DNA of 64,000 bases from an uncultured bacterium (GTDB lineage Bacteria > SAR324 > NAC60-12), in assembly GCA_964010765.1 (NCBI GenBank), contig CAXGMD010000003.1:1-64000 (forward strand). Reading direction: 5' to 3'. A model generated the notes under the pieces. It did not search any database and was not told the origin of the DNA. It was given only the letters and a program-made list of their open reading frames with translations. The first letter of the stretch is position 1. Each line of letters opens with the position of its first letter. Made by a program: the position numbers and the translations under genes. Shown one piece after another: positions 10,551-20,134 of the stretch.

Positions 10551-11211
10551 GGTACGCCTGATTACTACGACCTTTGCGATGTTGGCTCTGGGTGGAGTAG
10601 TCTTGGCTGTTGACAACTATCCCTACTTCGATCCGAAGGATACGGGTTATGGAATCACCAATGATGACAAGCCTTGGTTTGATGGAAAGGACTACCCATT
10701 CTATCGAGACATGTACGATGGGAAGAGCCTAAAACCAATGGAAGAGGGAAGCTACGAACAGTTTCCACAAGATTCGGTACCCGTCAAAATTTCCCTAAAC
10801 AAGATTCAGCGCATTTACGATCCGTTCATCCCTGCAATTGCAGGAGATGGCGCAGGAAAAGCAGGACATCCGCGAGAATACTTTCCAAAAAATCCAGGAC
10901 AACCTACCGCAATGTCTGTTGCTAGAGGGCAAGTCCTCTACGACACCTACTGCGCTGCCTGTCATGGTACAGACGGATTGGCCAAGACCGTTGTAGTTGA
11001 AAAAGGAGTCCCCGCACCAGCAATTGATCAGATGGTAAAGAATCCTGAGTGGGGCCCTCACCTCTATAACAAGATCAAGTACGGCAGTTTCTTTCAGGAA
11101 CCTCGTGGCTACATGCCTGCCTATGGAGCCCAGACTTCAGTGCAAGACCGTTGGGATATGGTCAATTACATGATGAGCGACGCGTTTGGAAAAGGAGCCA
11201 TGGTGCAATGA
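10534..11211 (+). CDS. actE: Alternative complex III monoheme cytochrome c ActE
   Basis: RGQVLYDTYCAACHG, MPAY, DRW..VNY; N-terminal signal peptide. Confidence 0.88.
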   Translation: MLRKAKVRLITTTFAMLALGGVVLAVDNYPYFDPKDTGYGITNDDKPWFDGKDYPFYRDMYDGKSLKPMEEGSYEQFPQDSVPVKISLNKIQRIYDPFIPAIAGDGAGKAGHPREYFPKNPGQPTAMSVARGQVLYDTYCAACHGTDGLAKTVVVEKGVPAPAIDQMVKNPEWGPHLYNKIKYGSFFQEPRGYMPAYGAQTSVQDRWDMVNYMMSDAFGKGAMVQ

Positions 11212-12488
11212 AAGAGATTATCGAACACTCTCAGATTGAACTGCCCAAGAGTTTGAAGACGGTACTCTGGGCCTTTGTACTGCTCGGTGCAGGCATGTTT
11301 GTGATTGGCCTAGCAACTGGTAATGAGGAAGGAATCACACGTACTTGGCAGACTCTGCTAATCAACGTGATGTTTTGGGGAGGGATTGCACAAGCTGGCG
11401 TGATTCTCTCCGTAATCTGGCAGATTACAGATGCCAAATGGGGACGTCCTTTCAAACGACTTGCAGAAGCCTGTGCTGCTTTCCTGCCTGTTGCCTTCGT
11501 GATGTTTATTCTAGTGTTCTTCGGGAGCACTGTTCTTTACGAATGGACACACACCCCATTCATGCACCACGGAGTAGCTGTCAAAGCTGGTTGGTTGAAT
11601 ATTGAATTCTTTGTCATCCGCAATATTTTCTGGCTACTCTTGCTTTATGGAATCTCATATTGGTTCGTTGTGACGTCGATCAAGCCAGATTTGGGACTTG
11701 CCCGACGGATTATGGGCTCTCGCTGGGGTGGAGCACTGGCTGACAGATTATTAGACGGATACGGAGATCAGGAAGACGAAGTCACTCGACTGAACCAACT
11801 ATCCTCACGCCTTGCACCCGCACTGGCTTTGCTCTATGCAATCGCTGGTTCGTTTTTGGTATGGGATTTCGTGATGACACTTGATCAAGAATGGTTCAGT
11901 ACACTTTTTGGTGTATTCTTCTTGATTGGGAGTTTACAAGCAACAATGGGCATTCTGATCGCCATAGCTGTAACCGTTCGAAATCACTCAAAAGTCCTTG
12001 CAGAATACATCACCATCAACAGATTGCATGATCTGACAAAATTGGTCTTTGCATTCTCGTTGCTTTGGACGTACATGGCCTTTTCACAATACATTGTGAT
12101 TTGGTATGCAGATCTTCCCGAAGAAACACCATACTTGGTAATTCGGTCACAAACAGAACCTTGGTCAACTCTATTTTTGGTTCTGTTCTTATGGCTCTTT
12201 GTGTCTGTTTTCCTGGGATTGATGCCTAAAACTTTGTGTCGCACTCCCAATTATATCAGATTCATGGGAATCTACGTCGCGATTGGACAATGGTTGGCTG
12301 TTTACATGATGGTCGTTCCTTCACTGCAACACTTCGGGCACTATCACATTCTGCTCGGATTCCATGAGTTACTAATCACTCTGGGCTTCGGCGGAGCTTT
12401 CTTCCTCTGCTACGTTGCTTTCTTGGAGCAGGTACCACTGCTGCCCATTTCAGACAAGCATCTGTGCAAGTCTTGGCACGGTCACTGA
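11208..12488 (+). CDS. actF: Alternative complex III membrane subunit ActF
   Basis: DFVMTLDQEWFSTLFG, HDLTKL, LWTYMAFSQYIVIWYADLPEET; ATGA overlap with the actE stop gives start 11208. Confidence 0.92.
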   Translation: MKEIIEHSQIELPKSLKTVLWAFVLLGAGMFVIGLATGNEEGITRTWQTLLINVMFWGGIAQAGVILSVIWQITDAKWGRPFKRLAEACAAFLPVAFVMFILVFFGSTVLYEWTHTPFMHHGVAVKAGWLNIEFFVIRNIFWLLLLYGISYWFVVTSIKPDLGLARRIMGSRWGGALADRLLDGYGDQEDEVTRLNQLSSRLAPALALLYAIAGSFLVWDFVMTLDQEWFSTLFGVFFLIGSLQATMGILIAIAVTVRNHSKVLAEYITINRLHDLTKLVFAFSLLWTYMAFSQYIVIWYADLPEETPYLVIRSQTEPWSTLFLVLFLWLFVSVFLGLMPKTLCRTPNYIRFMGIYVAIGQWLAVYMMVVPSLQHFGHYHILLGFHELLITLGFGGAFFLCYVAFLEQVPLLPISDKHLCKSWHGH

Positions 12489-12494
12489 TTCACC

Positions 12495-12527
12495 AAAAAA
12501 AGGCTTTCAGGATCCACTGGAAGCCTT
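12495..12527 (-). terminator. Intrinsic terminator between convergent actF and the TerB-like gene
   Basis: AAGGCTTTCAG-6nt-CTGGAAGCCTT stem; A-run at 12495-12501 reads as a U-tract on the minus strand. Confidence 0.7.
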
Positions 12528-12529
12528 CC

Positions 12530-13243
12530 TCACTTTCCTTTCTCCCTAGTTGAAATTCCGAGTAACTGCAGCAATCCATGATCATCCCGCAGTGTCTGGG
12601 TGAACTCAAACCGTAGCAGAAAGCTTTTGGAATCCTTCACATGCTGGTGTGTACTAATCACCCGACCACTCAGAGAAGAGTACCAATCTTTTTCAATATC
12701 TGGATCTGCATCTGGGAACTGCTGCAGGCTCAATGAACCGTGTGCACCCTTAACCACGGGACGATGATAACGAAATGTTGCTCGTTCCAAGTTGATCTGC
12801 TGGAGAGCAACAATCCGTGCTTCCTCACCCAGCCTTGCAACGGCTCGAGGACAGCGATCCTCCATCTCACGCCGTGCAGTTTTCCAGAGTTTCTCAAGGG
12901 CCTTATCTGGTAAGCCAAGTCGATGGCCGACCTCATAAAAGAAATTTATTTCACTCGGAAGTAGACGACCGTCTACAATCATGATGCCGGCCAGTAGCTT
13001 CAGTATCTCAAACGCCAGTTCTCCATCCAACTGAATTGAATGGACTCGAACTTTCCTTTCCAACCTAGCCACCGAAAGTAATTTCTCTTTGAGTTCCTGG
13101 CTCTCAGCCAACTCCATTGCCTTCTGCAGGTAGGGAAGTTCTGCATCATCTACTTTACCGTCAATCGTGATAATGCCGACCATTACTTCTGCCAGCCAGT
13201 TTCTCTGCTTTGAGTCCAAATCTTGGACTACGGCAAAATTCAT
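12530..13243 (-). CDS. TerB-like domain protein with a degenerate PilZ-like C-terminal domain
   Basis: Two DG-x-x-x-x-E motifs (IDGKVDDAE, VDGRLLPSE) typical of TerB-like folds; beta-rich C-terminus; paralogue at 54354-55874. Confidence 0.7.
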   Translation of the reverse strand: MNFAVVQDLDSKQRNWLAEVMVGIITIDGKVDDAELPYLQKAMELAESQELKEKLLSVARLERKVRVHSIQLDGELAFEILKLLAGIMIVDGRLLPSEINFFYEVGHRLGLPDKALEKLWKTARREMEDRCPRAVARLGEEARIVALQQINLERATFRYHRPVVKGAHGSLSLQQFPDADPDIEKDWYSSLSGRVISTHQHVKDSKSFLLRFEFTQTLRDDHGLLQLLGISTREKGK

Positions 13244-13571
13244 TGCTTCCTCCGAAAACCATCTGATTTCGCACTTCTAGTTCCCCTCAATTCGTTGCAA
13301 GGGGTATGGCATGTCAGACGATTACATTCAGGATTTCTGACACGTGGGTGATGATTCGTCTTAGCTCTGCCAGTTCATGCTCTTCTCAGAATTTAACGAA
13401 AACATGCGGCATCTTTGAAAGAAAATTGCACCTGACATGAATTGACCAACTTGCTCATCAGCCAACCGCACAGTATCTTTCAAAAGTTCTATCACTCCAT
13501 TACTTCCATAAATTGACCTAGGACCATTCAAGATCAAAATCTCATTTCATTGCCCTGTTTGTAACTCACTC

Positions 13572-14999
13572 ATGATCCACAAGCAAACCTCTCTCAACCA
13601 CATTCACTTCAGTGGAATTTGCGGCACTGCCATGGGTTCTCTCGCAGTGCTACTCCAAAAACGTGGACACCACATCACTGGCGCAGACCAAAATGTTTAT
13701 CCACCGATGAGTGATTTCCTGATAGAGCATGGTATTCCAGTGCATGAAGGCTTTTCTCTCGCGAATCTGGAGCCGCAACCAGACTTGGTTGTGCTGGGCA
13801 ATGCGCTCTCTCGTGGCAACCCAGAAGTTGAAGCGGCCTTGGCCCAACGTATTCCTTACATTTCAATGGCAGAATTGCTGAAGGAATTCTTCATTCGTGG
13901 TCGAACTTCTTTGGTCGTCACTGGTACACATGGCAAAACCACCACAACTTCACTACTTGCTTGGACCTTTGCCAACGCTGGTATGAATCCAGGGTTTCTG
14001 ATTGGTGGAATTGCTGAAAATTTGAAGACTAGTTGTGCCGATGGTAGCGGAGACTTCTTTATCACCGAAGGCGATGAATACGACACAGCCTTTTTTGATA
14101 AACGCTCCAAATTTTTCCACTACCTGCCTGATCAGTTGGTACTAAACAACTTGGAATTTGATCATGCTGATATTTTTGCGTCCCTCGAACAAATACAGCA
14201 AAGCTTCCGCTGGCTTCTACGTCTGGTTCCAGGCAATGGACTCGTGGTTGCGAACGGTGACGATGACAACCTCAAACCTGTACTGGAACAAATTTACAGT
14301 CCCTTGTTAACGTTTGGGCTAGGGCCGGATTGTAATGTCCGCATTGAGGATATTCAAATCTGTGAGACAGGTTCTCAGTTTCGGCTGGAAGGCGCTGGTC
14401 AAAATTCTCAACAAATCTGGAATTTGCCGATGGCAGGCATTCACAACATTCGTAACGCCACGGCTGTCATTTTACTGGCTCAGCACAACCATCTTAGTAC
14501 CGAACAAATTCAGCAGGGCTTTTCAAGCTTTCAAGGTGTAAAACGACGTCAGGAATTGCGGGGAACCATCAATGACATCTGGGTGTATGATGATTTTGCT
14601 CACCATCCCACGGCAGTTGCAGAAACCATTCGGGCTCTTCGACAGAAGCATCCTGGGAAACGCCTTTGTGCGGTCTTTGAACCGAGAAGCAATACCAGCG
14701 TCCTGCGGATACACCAAGAACAATTGATCAGCGCCTTAGCTCAGGCAGACGAAGTTCTCTTGGCACCACCACATAGAGCAGAGAGAATCCCTACAAATGA
14801 TCGATTAGACGTCCAGGCAATAGTGCACGCCCTGAACAGCCAGATTCCAGCCCAGGCATTGGAAACCTCAGCTATCTTAGAACATTTAGAAGCTACCGCT
14901 GCTAGTGGTGATGTGATTCTCATCATGAGCAATGGAAAGTTTGATAATCTGCATGAACGCTTATTGAAAGTCCTGAACTCTGAGGCAGGTTTAGCATGA
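13572..14999 (+). CDS. mpl: UDP-N-acetylmuramate:L-Ala-gamma-D-Glu-meso-DAP ligase (murein peptide ligase)
   Basis: GICGTAMGSLA, GTHGKTTT, EGDEYDTAFFDKRSKF, LEFDHADIF, DDFAHHPTA, FEPRSNT. Confidence 0.95.
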   Translation: MIHKQTSLNHIHFSGICGTAMGSLAVLLQKRGHHITGADQNVYPPMSDFLIEHGIPVHEGFSLANLEPQPDLVVLGNALSRGNPEVEAALAQRIPYISMAELLKEFFIRGRTSLVVTGTHGKTTTTSLLAWTFANAGMNPGFLIGGIAENLKTSCADGSGDFFITEGDEYDTAFFDKRSKFFHYLPDQLVLNNLEFDHADIFASLEQIQQSFRWLLRLVPGNGLVVANGDDDNLKPVLEQIYSPLLTFGLGPDCNVRIEDIQICETGSQFRLEGAGQNSQQIWNLPMAGIHNIRNATAVILLAQHNHLSTEQIQQGFSSFQGVKRRQELRGTINDIWVYDDFAHHPTAVAETIRALRQKHPGKRLCAVFEPRSNTSVLRIHQEQLISALAQADEVLLAPPHRAERIPTNDRLDVQAIVHALNSQIPAQALETSAILEHLEATAASGDVILIMSNGKFDNLHERLLKVLNSEAGLA

Positions 15000-15802
15000 A
15001 GCCCTTGAACTGGCTGATCTTGTTCGTGGTTGGTCTACTGCCGATTGCTGGGCTGGTTTGGACCTTCCAAACTGATCCTCATTTGGCGGTTCCTGAAGAC
15101 TCTAAAAATTCTTGGATTGACCCACTGACAGCCATCATCTTTGTTTATGTCAATCCAAGTTGTGAAGCTGATCAGGATCCCTGTCCTCCTCCTCTCTGGA
15201 TGGGAAGACATGAAATCACCAATCAGCAATTTCAGAGATTCCGGCAGTCGCATTCGAGTCGGAATTACCGGAATCAGCCCTTAGACACTCCATTGCAGCC
15301 AGTCTCTTATGTCAGTTGGGAAGAAGCTCATGCATTTGGTCAGTGGTTAACCCAGCAACACAGTGGTCGATATCGCTTTCGATTACCAACATCAGAAGAA
15401 TGGCAACAGGTTTGTGAAACCAGAGAAACTCAACCCTGGAAAACTACTGAGCAAGCTTGCCAGTGGGCTTCAGTGAGTGATGAAGTCGCAGCTGCAAGTT
15501 TTGGTTGGAATCACCCCACTCATCCTTGCAATGACAATTTCACAGTCAGTGCTCCAGTCGGTTCTTTTCCTGTCAATGACCATAACCTTTATGATGTACT
15601 GGGTAATCTTGCGGAATGGACTAGCGAAAAAGCCGAACTTCCAAATTCGGCAGAGCAAGGATATATCACCCGTGGAGGAAGTTGGTTCAGCCCTCCAGAT
15701 CAGATTTCCTGTAAATTTCAGGAAACTTTTTCTGCGCTCACTTCAGATCCTCGTATTGGCTTTCGGCTAGTTGCTGAAGGACTTCCAACCCCAGAGCAAT
15801 GA
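14996..15802 (+). CDS. Formylglycine-generating-enzyme (SUMF1/EgtB/PvdO-like) domain protein
   Basis: EITNQQF, PVSYVSWEEA, RLPTSEEW, LYDVLGNLAEW, RGGSW, GFRLV; N-terminal TM. Confidence 0.88.
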   Translation: MKPLNWLILFVVGLLPIAGLVWTFQTDPHLAVPEDSKNSWIDPLTAIIFVYVNPSCEADQDPCPPPLWMGRHEITNQQFQRFRQSHSSRNYRNQPLDTPLQPVSYVSWEEAHAFGQWLTQQHSGRYRFRLPTSEEWQQVCETRETQPWKTTEQACQWASVSDEVAAASFGWNHPTHPCNDNFTVSAPVGSFPVNDHNLYDVLGNLAEWTSEKAELPNSAEQGYITRGGSWFSPPDQISCKFQETFSALTSDPRIGFRLVAEGLPTPEQ

Positions 15803-17718
15803 AAGGGAATCATCCACTGTTCTGGTGGTTATTCTACCCACTGCTGCTCATCGGGCTAGGGACACCACTAGCTGCAGAGACACTGGCACCACAAACTTTA
15901 CTTCAATCCGCTACAACCAAAAAAATTGCTCAACATTCTTATTGGTTGCGGCTGCTTCACTATCGTTCCACTGCTCCAACCAGCAAAAGCGAGATCGTCA
16001 GTCAGGATTTTTTCCTGGATCCCGACGGCGCGCAGAACCCCCAAGCTGAGCTGAACGCTACATTGCGAGCGTTTTATGAACCAGTTGGTGAGAATCCTGA
16101 TCAACATGCACAGTGCCGTTTCATTGCACGCTTTCACTGGTTGCAGCAAAAACTCGAGTTTTCCCCAGCACCCCCACTCGTCGAATGTACACGCTTTCAA
16201 CGCTGGGCCGGACTATCCAAGCTTGATTCGCTAAGCGTAGTCTTTGTTTCGGCTTATTTGGACAATCCTGCTTCTTTTTTTGGTCATCTTTTGGTCAAAA
16301 TCAACTTGAAGGAGGGGCTCTTTGCGCATCCTCTGCTCAGTCCAACACTTAACTTTGGTGCTAGCCCGGATCCAGCTGATAACGCTTTAGTTTATGCAGT
16401 GAAGGGAATTTTTGGTGGCTATAGCGGCCGCTTCTCTGACGAAAGATTCTATAACTTTCAGCATATTTATGGAGAAAACGAATTACGAGACCTGTGGGAA
16501 TACCCCCTGAAGCTAACGGAAGCTCAGCAGCACCGTGTACTTTTCCACACCTGGGAACTGCTGCAGGATATTCACTTTGAATACTATTTCTTCTTGGAAA
16601 ACTGCGCTTATCGTATGGCAGAACTGGTAGCCATGGCTTGGGAAGAAGAGATTAATCTTTATTCTCCATCTGAGTTCTGGGCCATTCCCGTCGATGTTTT
16701 CTTTCGATTACAACGTCTGCGAACTCCTGATGGACAGTCAGTGCTGGGCAAACCAATCCTTGTCCCTTCCCGACAACGCAGACTGCAGTGGAAAACCCTA
16801 GACCTGAATGAATCCCAGCAAGATTGGGTGATCCGAATCCAACGCCAACCAGAACAACTGAATAAATTAGAACAATCTGGACTATCTCCAGAAGCCCAAG
16901 CTCAGGTGCTTGATGCGCTCACAGACTTACTACAGTACCAAAAAGCACGAGAAGAGATGCTCTCAGAGTCTCTTCAGAATCTGCGTCAACAAGTTCTGCT
17001 GAGACGTAGTGAACTACCGATACTTGTCAAGAAACCACAACCACTCACACCCGATCCTTTAAAGGGACACCCTCCTTTGAGAACTCAGTTCGGTGGGTTT
17101 CAAAGAAATGACACAGAGCCAGGGATAGAATTGGGAATTCGTGCAGCCTATCATGATCTGTTGGATCCAGTTCATGGGCATCTCCCCTATGCTGAGTTAC
17201 AAGCGCTGGATTTGAAAATCCGTTTCGACGAAGCACGCTGGTGGATTCATCAACTGAAATTTTTTGAGATTCAAAATCTTTCTGTTTCCCCAACACGATT
17301 GGACACGGTTTCAGGAGTTTCTTGGCGAACAAGCGGTGAGTGGCAAGAGGAAGCCCTTGATGAATCTCAGCATAAAGTCATGCGACTTGTTGGGGGCATC
17401 GGACAGAGTATAGCGCTACACCCTGATCTAGTTGGATTTACTTTTGCCGATACAATTCTGCAATCACGCACAGGTTCAATGCCAGAAACCAGCTTTCAAT
17501 TGCAGCCTGCTTTAGGTGTACTCTGGCAAACTGGCGATCAATGGTCCATGCTAGCTCAATCCAGTTATCGCCAACCATTATTGGGGGAAAGCGCAATCGG
17601 CCTTAGTACCGAATGGGAGGGTCGTTGGCAGGTAAATTCAAAATGGGGACTTCGTTTTACTTGGCAACAGCAAGGGACTGTACAAGAAGCCAAAGTGCTA
17701 ATTCATCACTTTTGGTGA
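15799..17718 (+). CDS. DUF4105 / Lnb-like protein with C-terminal beta-barrel
   Basis: Signal peptide; WLRLLHY, QCRFIAR, PASFFGH, ELRDLWEY, YYFFLENCA; amphipathic strands ending in FW. Confidence 0.8.
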   Translation: MKGNHPLFWWLFYPLLLIGLGTPLAAETLAPQTLLQSATTKKIAQHSYWLRLLHYRSTAPTSKSEIVSQDFFLDPDGAQNPQAELNATLRAFYEPVGENPDQHAQCRFIARFHWLQQKLEFSPAPPLVECTRFQRWAGLSKLDSLSVVFVSAYLDNPASFFGHLLVKINLKEGLFAHPLLSPTLNFGASPDPADNALVYAVKGIFGGYSGRFSDERFYNFQHIYGENELRDLWEYPLKLTEAQQHRVLFHTWELLQDIHFEYYFFLENCAYRMAELVAMAWEEEINLYSPSEFWAIPVDVFFRLQRLRTPDGQSVLGKPILVPSRQRRLQWKTLDLNESQQDWVIRIQRQPEQLNKLEQSGLSPEAQAQVLDALTDLLQYQKAREEMLSESLQNLRQQVLLRRSELPILVKKPQPLTPDPLKGHPPLRTQFGGFQRNDTEPGIELGIRAAYHDLLDPVHGHLPYAELQALDLKIRFDEARWWIHQLKFFEIQNLSVSPTRLDTVSGVSWRTSGEWQEEALDESQHKVMRLVGGIGQSIALHPDLVGFTFADTILQSRTGSMPETSFQLQPALGVLWQTGDQWSMLAQSSYRQPLLGESAIGLSTEWEGRWQVNSKWGLRFTWQQQGTVQEAKVLIHHFW

Positions 17719-17721
17719 AAC

Positions 17722-18126
17722 ATGCACGAGCTGCTCAGCCCCACTCTGTTGCCCTTGGTGGCACTGCTCCTTGGTTTATTGGCTTTTGCTATTTGGAAGC
17801 AGGATCAAAAGCGACGGCAGTGGGCTGCTTGGCTCTGCAGCATTATCCTCTTGCTGATCTGGTTGCTGAGCGAAGTATGGATCCTGTCGCCATCAAGCGA
17901 TACCAACTTGGCTGGTCTGCTTACCAAGCATCAACTGTATTCGAACCTGGCATGGTATCTGACCCTTTGTAGTACAGTTTTATTGTGGCTTTCTCTGCGG
18001 TCGACTGCTCCCGTGATTAGAATTGTTCTAGATACCCTTATACTGCTCTTCTTGGTTTTTGGTTTTCTCACCATCTGGGGGATGGTTTGGATGGGTCAAT
18101 TGCTCAGTAATCCCTACGCTTTTTGA
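17722..18126 (+). CDS. Hypothetical 4-TM membrane protein
   Basis: 134 aa, four hydrophobic segments, 3 nt after the upstream stop. Confidence 0.7.
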   Translation: MHELLSPTLLPLVALLLGLLAFAIWKQDQKRRQWAAWLCSIILLLIWLLSEVWILSPSSDTNLAGLLTKHQLYSNLAWYLTLCSTVLLWLSLRSTAPVIRIVLDTLILLFLVFGFLTIWGMVWMGQLLSNPYAF

Positions 18127-18145
18127 TGTCTCCAAGCGGCTTTTC

Positions 18146-18174
18146 TTGCAGCACAAAAACCAACCTGTTAATCT
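18146..18174 (+). promoter_or_regulatory. Putative sigma70 promoter for the cytochrome/CopG cluster
   Basis: TTGCAG (18146-18151), 17 nt, TAATCT (18169-18174) with an extended -10 TG. Confidence 0.5.
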
Positions 18175-18206
18175 TAAGGTTCAAATTTTTACTCTCCTAA
18201 GAGCAT

Positions 18207-18644
18207 ATGAAAAAATGTATTATTTCAGCTCTGGTTCTAACTATTTTTGGGTTACCAACCTTTAGCTTTGCTGATTCACGACAATCGGTTGAGTTTCCTA
18301 AAATGGTGCGAGATCACATGCTGGAAAACATGCGGGACCACCTACTAGCTCTGACTGAAATTCAGCAGTATCTCGCGCTGGAAGAATACGAAAAAGCCTC
18401 CACTGTCGCGGAAAACCGACTAGGTATGTCTTCTTTGGGCGGTCACGGTGCATCGCATATGGCCCGTTTCATGCCCGCCGCTATGCAGCAAATTGGCATA
18501 CAGATGCATAAGTCAGCTAGCCGATTTGCGACTATTGTACAAGAGAGTGGTTTGGAAGGAAGTACACCAAAAATCGCAGAAGGCCTGGCAGGTGTCATGC
18601 AGCAGTGTGTTGCTTGTCACAGTTCGTATCGAGTACATCCATGA
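18207..18644 (+). CDS. Periplasmic helical-bundle (class II / c'-like) cytochrome c, Met/His-rich
   Basis: Signal peptide (SFA-D); single C-terminal CVACH. Confidence 0.8.
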   Translation: MKKCIISALVLTIFGLPTFSFADSRQSVEFPKMVRDHMLENMRDHLLALTEIQQYLALEEYEKASTVAENRLGMSSLGGHGASHMARFMPAAMQQIGIQMHKSASRFATIVQESGLEGSTPKIAEGLAGVMQQCVACHSSYRVHP

Positions 18645-19018
18645 CCAAAAGATATCGATGGAGATACTTCCTGTACTGTCTAATTAGCCTTCTTCTTATC
18701 TCTTCAACAACCTGGGCCGCAACTTGTCACTCACCGACTCTAACGTCCCAAGACCTGTCAATCCTTTCACCAACTGGTTTCGGTTGCCATTCGCAAGCCG
18801 ACAGTAGGATTCATGGAATTCAGTGCGTTCACGACAACCAAGAAGCCTGCCTTCTTCGTAGAAAAGTAACATTACCCGACCCAAACACCTTTGCTAGTTT
18901 TACCTCTCAGTTTACTATAATCTCAACAGCCTGCCCCATAGCCAACACCTGTTTTTCAGACTCAATCCAGCCAGTTTTTGAACATATCTTTCTTCGAAAT
19001 AGTGTCTTCCGAATCTAG
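18641..19018 (+). CDS. Small exported Cys/His-containing protein (DUF2946-like layout)
   Basis: ATGA overlap gives start 18641; signal peptide ending TWA; CH, CH, CVH..C motifs; ends LRNSVFRI. Confidence 0.5.
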   Translation: MTKRYRWRYFLYCLISLLLISSTTWAATCHSPTLTSQDLSILSPTGFGCHSQADSRIHGIQCVHDNQEACLLRRKVTLPDPNTFASFTSQFTIISTACPIANTCFSDSIQPVFEHIFLRNSVFRI

Positions 19019-19080
19019 GCTATCTAGCTCTACCCAAATTTTATGTGATTTGACAGAAACTTTTGGTTGTGAGTAGCGAC

Positions 19081-19548
19081 ATGATGGAGAATCAGCTCGT
19101 TCTGAGGAGAAGGCAACTGACTGCCCTTTTGCTAGCAATGATTGTCGGACTATTTTTGTTTGAACCATGGTCATTATTCTCCAAGCCAATTTGGGAACAG
19201 GAACCCAGCAGTGAGAGTATTGCCAAAGGGGAACAAATATTCGCAGCAAATTGTGCGGTATGCCATGGAGAGAAGGCTGTAGGAGAAAACCTTCAACGTC
19301 CGCTGGGAGGTATGAAAGATCAAGGAGGTTACCTAGCTCCAGCTCTCAACGGAACTGGTCACGCATGGCATCACCCTGATGAAGTACTGTTTAGGATCAT
19401 TCATGAAGGTTCGATTGCGGAAGATTCACCAATGCGGGGCTTTGCTGGAAAACTAAGTGATTCCGAGATTGTTGCTAGCATCCATTACTTCAAATCACTC
19501 TGGCCAAAAGAAATTCTGAATCGACACACAGAAATGGTACAACACTGA
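19081..19548 (+). CDS. Monoheme class I cytochrome c
   Basis: GEQIFAANCAVCHG, APALNGTGHAWHH, SPMRGF; N-terminal hydrophobic segment; exact start uncertain (19063-19084). Confidence 0.88.
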   Translation: MMENQLVLRRRQLTALLLAMIVGLFLFEPWSLFSKPIWEQEPSSESIAKGEQIFAANCAVCHGEKAVGENLQRPLGGMKDQGGYLAPALNGTGHAWHHPDEVLFRIIHEGSIAEDSPMRGFAGKLSDSEIVASIHYFKSLWPKEILNRHTEMVQH

Positions 19549-19592
19549 TTCATTCTGAGTTTCATTCCATACTCTCTTACTACGGAATTCCA

Positions 19593-20033
19593 ATGAAAAC
19601 ACTGATAAGTAAACTTCTATTCTTACTATCACTAACAGTGGCATCTGCTGTTTGGGCCTCCGATATCACGATGTACAAGCACCCACAATGTGGCTGCTGT
19701 GAAAAGTGGGCGAATATCCTGCGTGATGAGGGACACCAGGTTACCAGTAAAGGCACCTACAACATTGAACAACTCAAAAATCAGATGGGATTACCCAACT
19801 CTCTGCGCAGTTGCCACACTGCCATCATTGGAGATTTCATCATTGAAGGACATGTACCTGAAAAGACACTCGCTCGCTTTCTTGCTGACCCACCAGTTGG
19901 TGCCCAAGGGCTAGCTGTACCGGGGATGCCCATCGGTTCACCGGGGATGGAACATCCAACCCGAAAAGACGCATATGATGTGCTTTGGTTTGACCAGCAA
20001 GGCAAGGCACAGGTCTTCGAACACATTGACTAA
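19593..20033 (+). CDS. DUF411 / CopG-like periplasmic metal-binding protein
   Basis: CGCC, SCHT, EGHVP, PGMPIGSPGME; signal peptide. Confidence 0.9.
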   Translation: MKTLISKLLFLLSLTVASAVWASDITMYKHPQCGCCEKWANILRDEGHQVTSKGTYNIEQLKNQMGLPNSLRSCHTAIIGDFIIEGHVPEKTLARFLADPPVGAQGLAVPGMPIGSPGMEHPTRKDAYDVLWFDQQGKAQVFEHID

Positions 20034-20134
20034 AGCTCTTGTCGCAAAGCAAATCTCAAAAGCGTTGTGGGGGCTCTACCCCGCGCTAATTTACTGAAGA
20101 TAATTTCATACGCTAAACACCAACGGAGTTAGAG

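Noticed and set aside
13244..13571. 328-bp intergenic region with short hairpins (CCCCT/AGGGG, TGTCAGA/TCTGACA) and ~44-codon ORFs on both strands
   Set aside because: No recognisable riboswitch, ncRNA or protein motif; could be a decayed gene but I cannot support that
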